The notes: generated from the sequence alone by a model not told the origin. A stretch of DNA of 64,000 nucleotides from Rhodanobacteraceae bacterium (GCA_004299705.1 SCQS01000061.1:32420-96419); one strand, 5' to 3'. Counted from the stretch's first letter, positions 10,644 to 19,137 are shown. Numbers and translations: made by a program.

Positions 10644-12641
10644 TTACGACACCTTGGCTTCGTCCGTCGCGCGCGAACGACCGCCGAACCGCCGCAGCGT
10701 CTGACGAATGCGGATCTGCCGGCTGACGTCGCGCATTTCGTGGATGCGCTTGGCGTTGGCCTTGAGCACATCGCTGCGGGTGAGCACGCCGACCATGTGG
10801 GTCGGGTTGTCGCGTTCGACCACGATCAGCCGGCCGACGTTCTCGGCCACCATCAGGTCGGAGGCATCACGCAGGTTGTGGTCTTCGAACACCACAATCG
10901 GCCCGCGCTTCAGCATGTCGCCGATGCGGGTGAGGCCGGGCTTGTCGGGGTCCTGCAATTCGCGTCGCGTGATCACGCCGCGCACCCGGCCGGCGTCGTC
11001 CAGCACCGGATAACCCTGGTGCTGGGCGCGTTCGCGGCCCGAGTTAAGCCAGCGGCGCACGTCGCCGAGTTCGTCCGAGGTTTTCAGCGCGCGCACGTCG
11101 CGGGTGCAGGCGTTGCCGACCTGCACCTGCTCCAGCGCGTCGGCGGCGTATTCGCTGGGCACCTTGACACCGCGACGCTCGATTTTCTCGGTCATGATGG
11201 TGCTGCGCATGGTCAGCGCCGAGATCAGGTAGGCGGCCGCGCAGCCGCCCAGCAGCGGCAGGAACGCCGCCGGCTGGCGGGTGGTTTCGAAGCAGAAGAT
11301 CACCGCCGTCAACAGCGCGCGTGCCGAGCCGGCGAACATTGCGCCCATGCCGACCAGCGCGGCGATGCGCGGATCGATGCCGAAGCCCGGCCACACGTAG
11401 TTGATGCCGATGCCGACCAGCGCGCCGGCGGATCCGCCGATCATGAACAACGGCGCCAGCGTGCCGCCCGAGGTGCCGCTGCCCAGCGCGATCACCCACG
11501 ACAGGAATTTCAGCGCGCCGAAGGTCAGCAACAGCATCACGCCGAAGTGTCCCTGCACCAGCGCGTCGATGTTGTCGTAGCCGACGCCCAGGGTGTGCGG
11601 CGAGAAATAACCGATCACGCCGGCCGCGACCGCGCCCAGCGCCGGCCACCACATCCAGTGGATCGGCAATTTCGCGAAGGCGTCTTCGACGCCATACACG
11701 GCGCGTGTCACCCACACGCTGGCGTAGCCCACGATCGCGCCCAGCACGATGTAGCCCGCCAGTGCCCAGCCGCCCGGTTCGGCGACGTTCGGCATCGCGA
11801 ACACCGCATGCGCGCCGAAAGTGGCGTAGCGCACACCCGTCGCGGTCACCGTGGCCAGCGCCACCGGGATCAACGAACGCGGGCGCAGTTCGAACAACAA
11901 CAGCTCGACTGCCATCACCACCGACGCGACCGGCGCGCCGAACACTGCCGCCATGCCGGCCGCGGCGCCGGCCGCCAGCAGCACCTTGCGTTCCTGCGCG
12001 GTGACGCTCAGCAATTGTCCGATCAGCGAACCCAGCGCACCGCCGGTCGAGATGATCGGGCCTTCGGCGCCGAACGGGCCGCCGGTACCGATCGCGAAGG
12101 CCGACGACACCGGCTTCAACCAGGTGACGCGTGGCGGGATGTTGGATTCGTGTTCGAGGATGCGCTCCATCGCCTCGGGGATGCCGTGGCCCTGGATCGC
12201 GCGCGAACCCCAGCGCGCCATGACACCGGCCAGCAGGCCGCCGATCACCGGCATCACGATCACCCACAGGCCAAGGTGGTTGTGCGCGGGCGACAGCACG
12301 CTTCCGTCGTAGTGGACGCTGGGCCCGATCACGTCGGAGATGCGCCCGTAGAAGCAGATGTCGGTGATCAGGTTGATCATCAGCATCAACAGTTGCGCGA
12401 CGCCGGCCGCGACCGCGCCGAGCACGATCGCGAGGCCGCCGATCAGCAGGATGCGGCGGTCGACCAGGGTCGACTTCAGCGGCATCCGCGCCTGGTCGAG
12501 CGAAGCGCCCAGCGCCGGCGCAACCGGCAGCGCTTCGGTACTGCCGGTGGTGCGCACGCTTTCGCGATCGCTCGGCGAGCTGTTTTCGGCGCGCAGCGGA
12601 TCGCGATCCGGCGCGGCGGAAGTCGGGTCTTGTGGGGTCAT
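10644..12641 (-). CDS. ClC-family chloride channel / H+-Cl- antiporter with C-terminal CBS pair
   Basis: ORF 10644..12836. Start placed at MTPQDPTS (ATG 12641). ClC motifs GSGIPE-like (GHGIPEA), GAEGPI and GTSGGTLAPLF, with 10 or more TM segments. The C-terminal CBS region includes VGRLIVVERDNPTHMVGVLTRSDV. Confidence 0.85.
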   Translation of the reverse strand: MTPQDPTSAAPDRDPLRAENSSPSDRESVRTTGSTEALPVAPALGASLDQARMPLKSTLVDRRILLIGGLAIVLGAVAAGVAQLLMLMINLITDICFYGRISDVIGPSVHYDGSVLSPAHNHLGLWVIVMPVIGGLLAGVMARWGSRAIQGHGIPEAMERILEHESNIPPRVTWLKPVSSAFAIGTGGPFGAEGPIISTGGALGSLIGQLLSVTAQERKVLLAAGAAAGMAAVFGAPVASVVMAVELLLFELRPRSLIPVALATVTATGVRYATFGAHAVFAMPNVAEPGGWALAGYIVLGAIVGYASVWVTRAVYGVEDAFAKLPIHWMWWPALGAVAAGVIGYFSPHTLGVGYDNIDALVQGHFGVMLLLTFGALKFLSWVIALGSGTSGGTLAPLFMIGGSAGALVGIGINYVWPGFGIDPRIAALVGMGAMFAGSARALLTAVIFCFETTRQPAAFLPLLGGCAAAYLISALTMRSTIMTEKIERRGVKVPSEYAADALEQVQVGNACTRDVRALKTSDELGDVRRWLNSGRERAQHQGYPVLDDAGRVRGVITRRELQDPDKPGLTRIGDMLKRGPIVVFEDHNLRDASDLMVAENVGRLIVVERDNPTHMVGVLTRSDVLKANAKRIHEMRDVSRQIRIRQTLRRFGGRSRATDEAKVS

Positions 12642-12774
12642 GGTGGGCAACAACGCGAAAGCTGCTGCGGCGCAGCATAGCGCGTATGCGGGTTGCGGCC
12701 AAGCACACTGGGTCGCATCGTTTGGCTGCGGGCCAGCCGAAGCGCCGACGGACGGCTTCGGCTGCGGGCTGTCA

Positions 12775-13395
12775 TCAGGCCGCCGGGCGGCGATCCCGCG
12801 GCAGGTGATGGACCAGGAATTCCATCTGGTCGGCAAGGATATTGCGGTTGGAGAGGATCAGGTGCTCGACCCAGCTCGGCTTGTAGGGAACGGCCAAGAG
12901 CGGCATCCCCGCCTGCTGCGGCGAGCGGCCGCCCTTCTTCAAGTTGCAGGCCAGGCACGCCGACACCACGTTTTCCCAGGTGTCCTGGCCGCCGCGCGAC
13001 AGCGGCATCACGTGGTCGCGGGTCAATTCGCCGCGCGTGCAATGGCGCCCGCAATACAGGCACAGGTAGCGGTCGCGCGCGAACAACGCCGCGTTGCTGA
13101 GCGCCGGCGAGGGATCGACCGCACCGCTCGCGCAATGCCCGCGGCTGGCGACGATCGGGTGCAGGCGCAGGATGCTCTGGTCGCCGGAATCCCGGTGCCA
13201 ACCACCGTGCAGCGTGAGACAGGGTTCACCCAGCGTCCACGCGACCGCTTCGCGCACGTACAGGCAGGCCGCGTCCTGCCAGCTGATCCAGTCGAGGATG
13301 CGCCCGCCCGCGTCGAGCGACAACACGCGCGTCGTGTGCAGATCCGCGACCGTGCACGCGGGATGTTCGATGGAACTGGCTGTGTGCGAGTCCAT
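12775..13395 (-). CDS. HNH endonuclease family protein
   Basis: ORF 12775..13416; start at MDSHT. The HNH core is CLYCGRHCTRGELTRDHVMPLSRGGQDTWENVVSACLACNLKKG, i.e. Cys4 zinc ligands with His/Asn/Asn. Confidence 0.8.
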   Translation of the reverse strand: MDSHTASSIEHPACTVADLHTTRVLSLDAGGRILDWISWQDAACLYVREAVAWTLGEPCLTLHGGWHRDSGDQSILRLHPIVASRGHCASGAVDPSPALSNAALFARDRYLCLYCGRHCTRGELTRDHVMPLSRGGQDTWENVVSACLACNLKKGGRSPQQAGMPLLAVPYKPSWVEHLILSNRNILADQMEFLVHHLPRDRRPAA

Positions 13396-13488
13396 GATTC
13401 GCGCAGCATAGAACAATTCCGTGAACGGGCGTTAGCGGCGTCTGTCCAATGGCCACCTGTCCTTGCGGGACGACAGCCCGTGTAGAGC

Positions 13489-13765
13489 CATCCCCCCGCC
13501 GCTGCGCGGCGACCCCCTTCCTGCGGAAGGGGGTGAGCGGGTGCCGGTATCCGTTTGTCTTCCCCCGCTTGCGAAGGAAAAGCAAGATGACTTCCCCTTC
13601 GTTTGCGAAGGAGCAGCAGGATGACCTCCCCCTTCGCCTGCGAAGGGGGAGCGCAGCGAACGCGCGCGCAGCGCGAGAGGGGGATGGCTTTTCGCACGTG
13701 GCGGTGCATCCCCCCGCACGCCTGCGGCATGCGACCCCCTTCGTGTCGAAGGAGGTGAATGAGCG
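13489..13765. repeat. Cluster of REP family B hairpins (about 5 units)
   Basis: Units include cccccttcctgcggaaggggg, ccccttcgtttgcgaagg, cccccttcgcctgcgaaggggg and cccccttcgtgtcgaaggagg. They are interspersed with catccccccgc and agagggggatggc motifs. Confidence 0.8.
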
Positions 13766-13787
13766 CAGCGCTGCATCCCGCTCACGC

Positions 13788-13901
13788 CGTCATTCCGGGG
13801 CCGCCCAAGGCGGAACCCGGAAGCTGCTTTTCATCTCATCCGACACCTTGAATTGAAACGGCAGATTCCGGGTTCTGTGCTGCGCACAGCCCCGAATGAC
13901 G
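13788..13901. repeat. REP family D pair (cgtcattccgg...ccggaa hairpins in inverted orientation)
   Basis: cgtcattccggggccgcccaaggcggaacccggaagc (13788-13824) and its inverted relative gattccgggttctgtgctgcgcacagccccgaatgacg (13864-13901). The pair lies just 3' of the SLOG-SLATT gene. Confidence 0.7.
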
Positions 13902-13912
13902 AAATGATGGAG

Positions 13913-15829
13913 TCACATCCTGCCCGCTTCCAGCGGCCGTTCGCGGTGCATCACCGCCCATTCCACGTGCTCGGCCAGCGCGGCTTCGCCGAGCGCGCGC
14001 AGGATGCCACGTTGTTCTTCCAGGTTGTCGGTGCGGTCGAGCGCCTTGCGCGCGTCGCCGAACACGCGGCCCATGAAACGGTATTGCCGGATCAGTTCGC
14101 GGTCGGCCTTGCGGAACGAATACGCCTCGCGCACCGCGGCGATGATCGAGAACACCGCCATGATCACGATCAGGTCGTTCTTGGCGTCGTAGGAAAGCTG
14201 GCGCAGGAATACCGCCATGAACACGCTGATCAGGATCGCCGCCAGCAGGCAGATCGCGCCGATCATCTCGTTGATGTGGTGGGTACGCTCGCGCTGTTCG
14301 GTGCGGTGCCGGTAATAACCCAGCTCGCCATGTTCCTCGTCGCCGACCCAGTCCTCGATCACCCCGCGCACCTGCTGCGCGTCCGGGCTCGACACATGGG
14401 CGCAGGCAGAAAGCCCGGCGCTGCGCATCACGTTGCGCACCCAGCCGAGTTCGATGTCCTGCTTCTGCATCAGGCTGTCGTGCGCGAACTCGGGATCGGT
14501 GGTCAGCGAGATGCCCGCGCGCCGCCAGTAACACTGCACGCGCAGACCCTCCGCCAGTGCGCGATAGTCGAGGTACTTGCGGTGCCAGGCGCGCCGTTTG
14601 GCGATGAAGCTGGTCACCACGCCGACCACGAACAGCAGCAGGAACACGTACAGCATGTTGTCCGAGCGTGGCAGGTTGTCGTACACCGTGAAGGCAATAC
14701 CCATCAGCGCAGCGGCGGTGTAGATGATGCGCAGCCCCAGCAGCACGCGCCTCTGGAAGTGCACGGCCAGCCAGTCGGCGGCGGCGAACAGGCCGGCGGC
14801 AGTGCCGCAGGCCTGCGCGCCGTGGCGCTCGTCGATCTCGGCGTGGAACGCGGCGATTTCCTCGCGGTACTTCGCGGCGTCAAGGTTGAATTCGTTGGCG
14901 TTTGCGAACACCCGTCGGAAAGCCGGTGGCATCGGCGCGTCCGGCTGGCCGGTTGCGTCAGGGGTGCGCCAGATCATTTGCCCCGCTTGCAGCGACGCCG
15001 CCGGCGCGCCATCCGGCGCTTCGCGCGCACAGACGAGGTGGCACAGCAGCCGTTCATCGCCGCCACCGGCCAGCCAGCGCGGCGCGCGGCGGCGGCGATC
15101 GAAAGCGCTGGGCAGGGCGCCGGTCAGGTAGTAATCCACGATTTGCGCGGTGCCCCCGAGCTTGCTGCTGTCCTTGCCGTCCCAGATCGCCAGCAGCACG
15201 TGGCAATGCCGTGCCACGAACATGCCGGCCTGCGCGTACTGGCGGTCGCGGTCGACGCCGTTGCGGTGGAGTCCGTCCGCACTGTGTCCGGGCAGCAGCG
15301 GCAGCTCGATCACCTGCGCCTGCGCGCACAGCGATTCGAATTGCCCTCGCGTGGCGGCATCTGCGAAGTCCCGCGCGTACAACGCGTGCGGCAGTGGCAG
15401 CGGAGCGATCAGCCGCGCACCCAGCTTCAGGCCTTCCTCCGCCACCAGCTGGTCGCCGCCCTCGGCCAGTGGCGACAGGATGGTCAGCGGGGAATTCGGG
15501 AACTCGCCCTGTAGTTGCATCAGCCACGCCCGCACGCGGGCGCGGATCGGCGCGATTTCGGCCGTTGCCAAATTGCGGTGGCTGGTGATGCCGATGACCA
15601 GCGGCGAGGCGACAGCGTGGATGGGTGAAGCCGCAACGCTCGCAGGTCCTGGTGCGTCATCCGCAGGCGTGGATTGAAGTTCGCCCGCCGCACCGGGTAC
15701 GTCGCCCACGGACGGCGCTCGACCCTCTCGCGTCATGCCGGGGCCAGCGCCGGCGTTGCCGGCGATGGAACCCGGAATCTGGAAATTTTGTTCGTTGTTT
15801 TGCATGAAAACTGGAAACACTTGTTGCAC
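13913..15829 (-). CDS. SLOG-like (DprA/LOG-superfamily Rossmannoid) domain fused to two 2-TM SLATT-like modules; candidate nucleotide-gated membrane effector
   Basis: ORF 13913..15829 with a GTG start; alternative ATG at 15805. Low-complexity N-terminus. Motifs VIGITSHRN, ILSPLAEGGDQLVAEEG, LIAPLPLP, HCHVLLAIWDG and GGTAQIVDYY resemble the SLOG/DprA-LOG pattern. Two TM pairs follow: LRIIYTAAALMGIAFTV/MLYVFLLLFVVGVVTSFI and IGAICLLAAILISVFMAVFL/LIVIMAVFSIIAAV. Each pair is followed by an amphipathic helix, as in SLATT/DUF4231. The CDS itself is high confidence; the domain call needs HMM or structure confirmation. Confidence 0.6.
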   Translation of the reverse strand: MQQVFPVFMQNNEQNFQIPGSIAGNAGAGPGMTREGRAPSVGDVPGAAGELQSTPADDAPGPASVAASPIHAVASPLVIGITSHRNLATAEIAPIRARVRAWLMQLQGEFPNSPLTILSPLAEGGDQLVAEEGLKLGARLIAPLPLPHALYARDFADAATRGQFESLCAQAQVIELPLLPGHSADGLHRNGVDRDRQYAQAGMFVARHCHVLLAIWDGKDSSKLGGTAQIVDYYLTGALPSAFDRRRRAPRWLAGGGDERLLCHLVCAREAPDGAPAASLQAGQMIWRTPDATGQPDAPMPPAFRRVFANANEFNLDAAKYREEIAAFHAEIDERHGAQACGTAAGLFAAADWLAVHFQRRVLLGLRIIYTAAALMGIAFTVYDNLPRSDNMLYVFLLLFVVGVVTSFIAKRRAWHRKYLDYRALAEGLRVQCYWRRAGISLTTDPEFAHDSLMQKQDIELGWVRNVMRSAGLSACAHVSSPDAQQVRGVIEDWVGDEEHGELGYYRHRTEQRERTHHINEMIGAICLLAAILISVFMAVFLRQLSYDAKNDLIVIMAVFSIIAAVREAYSFRKADRELIRQYRFMGRVFGDARKALDRTDNLEEQRGILRALGEAALAEHVEWAVMHRERPLEAGRM

Positions 15830-15867
15830 CTTCTGGAGGGCCGTGGCGATTGGCTTGCTTCTCGCTT

Positions 15868-15920
15868 CGTCATTCCAGGGCGGCCTGCAGCCTCATCGCA
15901 GGCCGAACCCGGAATCCAGC
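15868..15920. repeat. REP family D hairpin between the small secreted gene A3 and the SLOG-SLATT gene
   Basis: cgtcattccagggcggcctgcagcctcatcgcaggccgaacccggaatccagc, with inverted arms cattcc.ggg / cccggaatc. Confidence 0.7.
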
Positions 15921-15978
15921 TTTTGCTAACTGAGTCGGGGAGGCGCGAAAGCGCGCCTCCCCAAAGTGCAGCGTTCAA

Positions 15979-16216
15979 TCAACAGTTGTCGATCGTTGGG
16001 TTGGTAGTGACGTCGGGCGTCACCGAACCCGCTCCACCTGCTGCGGCCATGCAAGCGTTCTGGTTGCCGAACGCACATTCCACATCTTGCACCACGTACT
16101 GGAACCATGAGCCTGAGGAAGCAGTCGGTGCGGCATTGGCCACACTGGCGCTACCGGCGAGAAGCAACCCGATCAGCACGGCCACGGTGCGGGGGGGGGG
16201 TAAGTTTGCGTTTCAT
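15979..16216 (-). CDS. Small secreted Cys-containing protein (module A, A3); frame broken by a C10 tract in the signal-peptide codons
   Basis: ATG at 16216 has the SD AGAAGGAGAG and encodes MKRKLTPP..., then hits the homopolymer at 16191-16200. The downstream frame (ORF 15979..16185) reads VAVLIGLLLAGSASVANA|APTASS... and ends TNPTIDNC. Removing 1 nt (or adding 2) restores a continuous ~78-aa precursor. The leader and SD are near-identical to those of the paralog at 19965. Confidence 0.5.
16191..16200. repeat. G10 (C10 on the coding strand) homopolymer tract inside A3
   Basis: Printed as gggggggggg at 16191-16200. It places the ATG at 16216 out of frame (31 nt) with the signal-peptide ORF starting at 16185. 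Confidence 0.85.
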
Positions 16217-16236
16217 GATGCTCTCCTTCTGTGTTT

Positions 16237-16252
16237 GCGGCAGGATTGCCGC
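16237..16252 (-). promoter_or_regulatory. Conserved leader hairpin upstream of A3 (paralog at 19987-20002)
   Basis: Minus-strand GCGGCAatccTGCCGC lies about 9 nt upstream of the SD AGAAGGAGAG. About 45 nt of leader is conserved with module B. Confidence 0.45.
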
Positions 16253-16317
16253 GGTGAAACGGCGTCAGAAATACGCGAATTCTCGAAGTCGCAAGTCGTG
16301 TACACGCGATCGAAGAG

Positions 16318-16662
16318 TCATTTGTTATCGACTGTCGGATCACCCGGATTCCCTCCGACTCCGGATCCCGTGCAACAAGTCTGGCTCGGATTCCCATAGG
16401 ACACGCAAAGCGTGTAGGGATAGACGATTACAGGTCCGTTGTTCTGGTTGTTGTCGGTAACGGTGATCTCGCCGTCTGTTACGGTCGGGGTGCCGAAGAT
16501 CGATGTCGGCAGTTCGGTGAGTGAAGCGAACGTGAAATCCTGATTTTCGGCCGGTAGCCAGTTGATGGGGGCCGTGCCCCGATCCATTTGAAGATGCGGA
16601 GGATCGCAGGTGACCACCGGTGGGTTCACGCTGGTATCAAGGGAAACATGGACGTCTGGCAT
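16318..16662 (-). CDS. Small cytoplasmic beta-rich protein (module A, A2), C-terminal DP-x-V-x-NK motif
   Basis: ORF 16318..16800; start placed at MPDVHVSLD (ATG 16662), 114 aa, no signal peptide. Ends GDPTVDNK. Features ITVTDNNQNNGPVIVYPYTLCV. Lies 59 nt downstream of TIR-A. Confidence 0.65.
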   Translation of the reverse strand: MPDVHVSLDTSVNPPVVTCDPPHLQMDRGTAPINWLPAENQDFTFASLTELPTSIFGTPTVTDGEITVTDNNQNNGPVIVYPYTLCVSYGNPSQTCCTGSGVGGNPGDPTVDNK

Positions 16663-16720
16663 GGGAATGATCCTTTTTGATGCGCGGCACTCGGAAGGCG
16701 GGCCGCATCGCCTCGCTGCT

Positions 16721-19009
16721 TCAGTGTGCCTCGCCTGCGTGTCGCGGCGCGTTTGACGGGCGGCGTCCTTCGGCAATATCGGACTGCATGATTTGCGCAA
16801 GCCGTTGCTGGAATGCCGCGTTGGCTGGATAGCCGATGTGATGGCTGGCCAGCAGCGCCACGAAGTCCGGCGTGCGAAAACCCATGGCGTTGAGTTTGGC
16901 GATTGCCGGCTGCGCGGCTTGCGTTTGACCCAGGCTTAGCAGTGCTTCTGCATAGGCCGCGAGGAAGTTCGGGTCGTCACCCGCGCGCAACGTGGGTTGC
17001 AGCAGATTGCGCGCCTGTGCCCACTCGCGCTGTGCGGCGGCACTGTCGCGGCGTCGTGCGGCGATCGTCCCCAGCAGGATGTCGGCTTGCGCTCCGAGCA
17101 GGATCAGGCCGCGATCGTCCGGCATCTTCGTGCGCAATTTGGCAACAATGGCCGCCGCGGCTGCGGCTGCCTTGTCCGCGCCTTCGATGTCGGTGCGCGC
17201 CAGTTGCAAGCGTGCAGCTTCCAGCTGCGCCTGCGCCAAATCCGGTGGCCAATCAGTACTGGTTGGATCTTTCGCACTCAGCTCGCTCAACACCCGCACG
17301 GCATCAGCGTCGGCCGTCGCCGCGTCGCCGAGCCGCCCTGCTTGCCGCTGCAGCCCCCCCAACTGTTGGCTGTAGAGGCCGTAGTAGTCCTGCCAGCCGG
17401 AGTCAGTCGGGTCGAAAACCGTCAGTGCCTTGGCGCTGTCCACCGCTGCGGTGGTGAAGCGCAGTGCGTTGTCCAGATCGCCGCACCATCCCAGCGTGCG
17501 GCCCAGGATCGCGTCACTGATCAGCAGATAGGTTTGTGCATGATGATCGCTTGGACTGCCGGCAGCCAGCGACGCCTTGATGCGCTGGTCGGCGCGATAG
17601 TCCGTAATTGCCAGATCGAGCCGGCCTTGTTCCAGCGCCAGTTTTCCCAGGCTGTCGTATTGGTTGCCCAGGTACAACTGCCAACGCGCTTGCTTGGGTT
17701 GACGAGCGCGCCAACGCGTGTAGATGTTCAACGCGGCTTCGTACTGGATTCCGGCGTCGTCGAAATCTCCACGGTGGTCCAGCACGTAACCGCTGTCGTG
17801 ATACGCCGCAGCGAGTTCGAATGCGAGTTCGCTGTCATCGGGCTTCGCCGTTGCGGCTTTCTGCAGGGCGGCAGTGGCGGCCCGGAAGTCTTGCAGTGCG
17901 CGCGGCATGTCGCCCTGATACAAATGAGCCTGGCCGACCCATTTGAGGCTGTTGCCGTAGGCGGCTTGGCGAGACGAATTATCGGGCGCGCGCCTGACGA
18001 GTTCGGCGGCCAGTTTGGAGGCGTCTTGATACGCCCGCAGCGCCGCTTGTGTCTTGCCCTGATCCATGCGCACGCTGCCGATTTTTTCAAGTGCGGTGAC
18101 GCGCATCTCAAGTGATGCGTCCGTTGCGTCGGCGACGGGCAACGATTCGAAGTATGCAAGCGCCTTGTCGTCCACGGCCTGCATGATGTCCAAGCGATCT
18201 ACTTGCGCCAGTTTGTCGTTGAGGTCGCCGAGCATGAAGTTGACCAACCCCTCGGCCTGCTTCTGCCGGCGCTCGGCGGCCTGCTTGGCGGTCACGGCTT
18301 CGTGTTGCGCGATCACGGCGCGATGACGGGAAACCAAGGCCGCGATGGCCAGTACGATGGTCACGGCCATCACCACGACCGCGATCGCGGTGACGGCCGC
18401 CATCCGGCGCATCTGCCGGCGCTGCTCGCGCTGCTTCAGCGCATCGAAGCCGACGTCGAGCATCCCGGCGATCAGTTTCAGTTTCGCGTTGGGTTTGCCG
18501 TCCTTGCCGGGGCGTGCGTCGGCAGCGATCGGTTCGGCGCGTTTGGCGATGGGCCGGCCCTCGGCATCCGTGGCGAAGCGCAGCGCAGGGCAGAAGCATT
18601 CTTCCGCTTCGCGACCGGAGATGTCGGAAGCACTCGGTTCGCCATCCACGATCAGGCAGAAAATTCGATCGCCGCGGCCCATCCGCTTGTACGCCAGCAC
18701 TTCCTCGTTGACCCAGCGCGACGCTGCCGAGGCGGGCGAGCAGATCACGATCAGGTTTTCGGACTGCGAGAGCGCCTGGTTGATCCTGGCGCCGAGCTCG
18801 GGCGCGCTGGAAAGCTCGTCGCGGTCGCGGAAGACCGGGTTCAGGCGGCGCGGGATCGCGCCGTGCGCGGTCTGCTTGCCGACCAGCCGCGACGGCACGC
18901 GATACGTCTCCAACGCCTTGTGCAGCCAGCCCGCCCACGCCTTGTCGCGGTGGCTGTAGCTCAAGAAGGCGCGATAGATGGGCGTCTGCTGGGTGATGGG
19001 GTCCGGCAT
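16721..19009 (-). CDS. TIR domain - single TM - TPR-like repeat protein (TIR-A)
   Basis: N-terminal TIR motifs YRAFLSYSHRDKAWAGWLHKALE, RDRDEL, LIVICSPASAASRWVNEEV (conserved Glu) and IFCLIVDGEP. TM helix MAAVTAIAVVVMAVTIVLAIAALV (about aa 203-226). About 530 aa of Ala/Leu/Gln-rich TPR-like helical repeats follow. Confidence 0.9.
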   Translation of the reverse strand: MPDPITQQTPIYRAFLSYSHRDKAWAGWLHKALETYRVPSRLVGKQTAHGAIPRRLNPVFRDRDELSSAPELGARINQALSQSENLIVICSPASAASRWVNEEVLAYKRMGRGDRIFCLIVDGEPSASDISGREAEECFCPALRFATDAEGRPIAKRAEPIAADARPGKDGKPNAKLKLIAGMLDVGFDALKQREQRRQMRRMAAVTAIAVVVMAVTIVLAIAALVSRHRAVIAQHEAVTAKQAAERRQKQAEGLVNFMLGDLNDKLAQVDRLDIMQAVDDKALAYFESLPVADATDASLEMRVTALEKIGSVRMDQGKTQAALRAYQDASKLAAELVRRAPDNSSRQAAYGNSLKWVGQAHLYQGDMPRALQDFRAATAALQKAATAKPDDSELAFELAAAYHDSGYVLDHRGDFDDAGIQYEAALNIYTRWRARQPKQARWQLYLGNQYDSLGKLALEQGRLDLAITDYRADQRIKASLAAGSPSDHHAQTYLLISDAILGRTLGWCGDLDNALRFTTAAVDSAKALTVFDPTDSGWQDYYGLYSQQLGGLQRQAGRLGDAATADADAVRVLSELSAKDPTSTDWPPDLAQAQLEAARLQLARTDIEGADKAAAAAAAIVAKLRTKMPDDRGLILLGAQADILLGTIAARRRDSAAAQREWAQARNLLQPTLRAGDDPNFLAAYAEALLSLGQTQAAQPAIAKLNAMGFRTPDFVALLASHHIGYPANAAFQQRLAQIMQSDIAEGRRPSNAPRHAGEAH

Positions 19010-19101
19010 GGGTCTGACTCTTTGCTCGTGCTTTCCGGCGCCTGCCGGGAATGCGTCGTTGCGCTTGGGCGTTGGCCGAGGAAACTCTGATTAACCTGCT
19101 A

Positions 19102-19137
19102 CGTCGTCATTTCCGCGAAAGTGGAAATCCAGTGACG
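19102..19137. repeat. REP family D hairpin in the spacer between modules A and B
   Basis: cgtcgtcatttccgcgaaagtggaaatccagtgacg. Confidence 0.65.

Noticed and set aside
10251-12680. 809-aa ORF on the plus strand
   Set aside because: It is antisense to the ClC channel gene. Its composition is extremely Arg/Ala/Gly/His-rich and it has no recognisable domain.
13489-13765. Possible CRISPR array (regularly recurring short repeats)
   Set aside because: The repeats are imperfect self-complementary hairpins of variable sequence with irregular spacing. There are no uniform spacers, no leader and no cas genes. This is consistent with a REP cluster instead.
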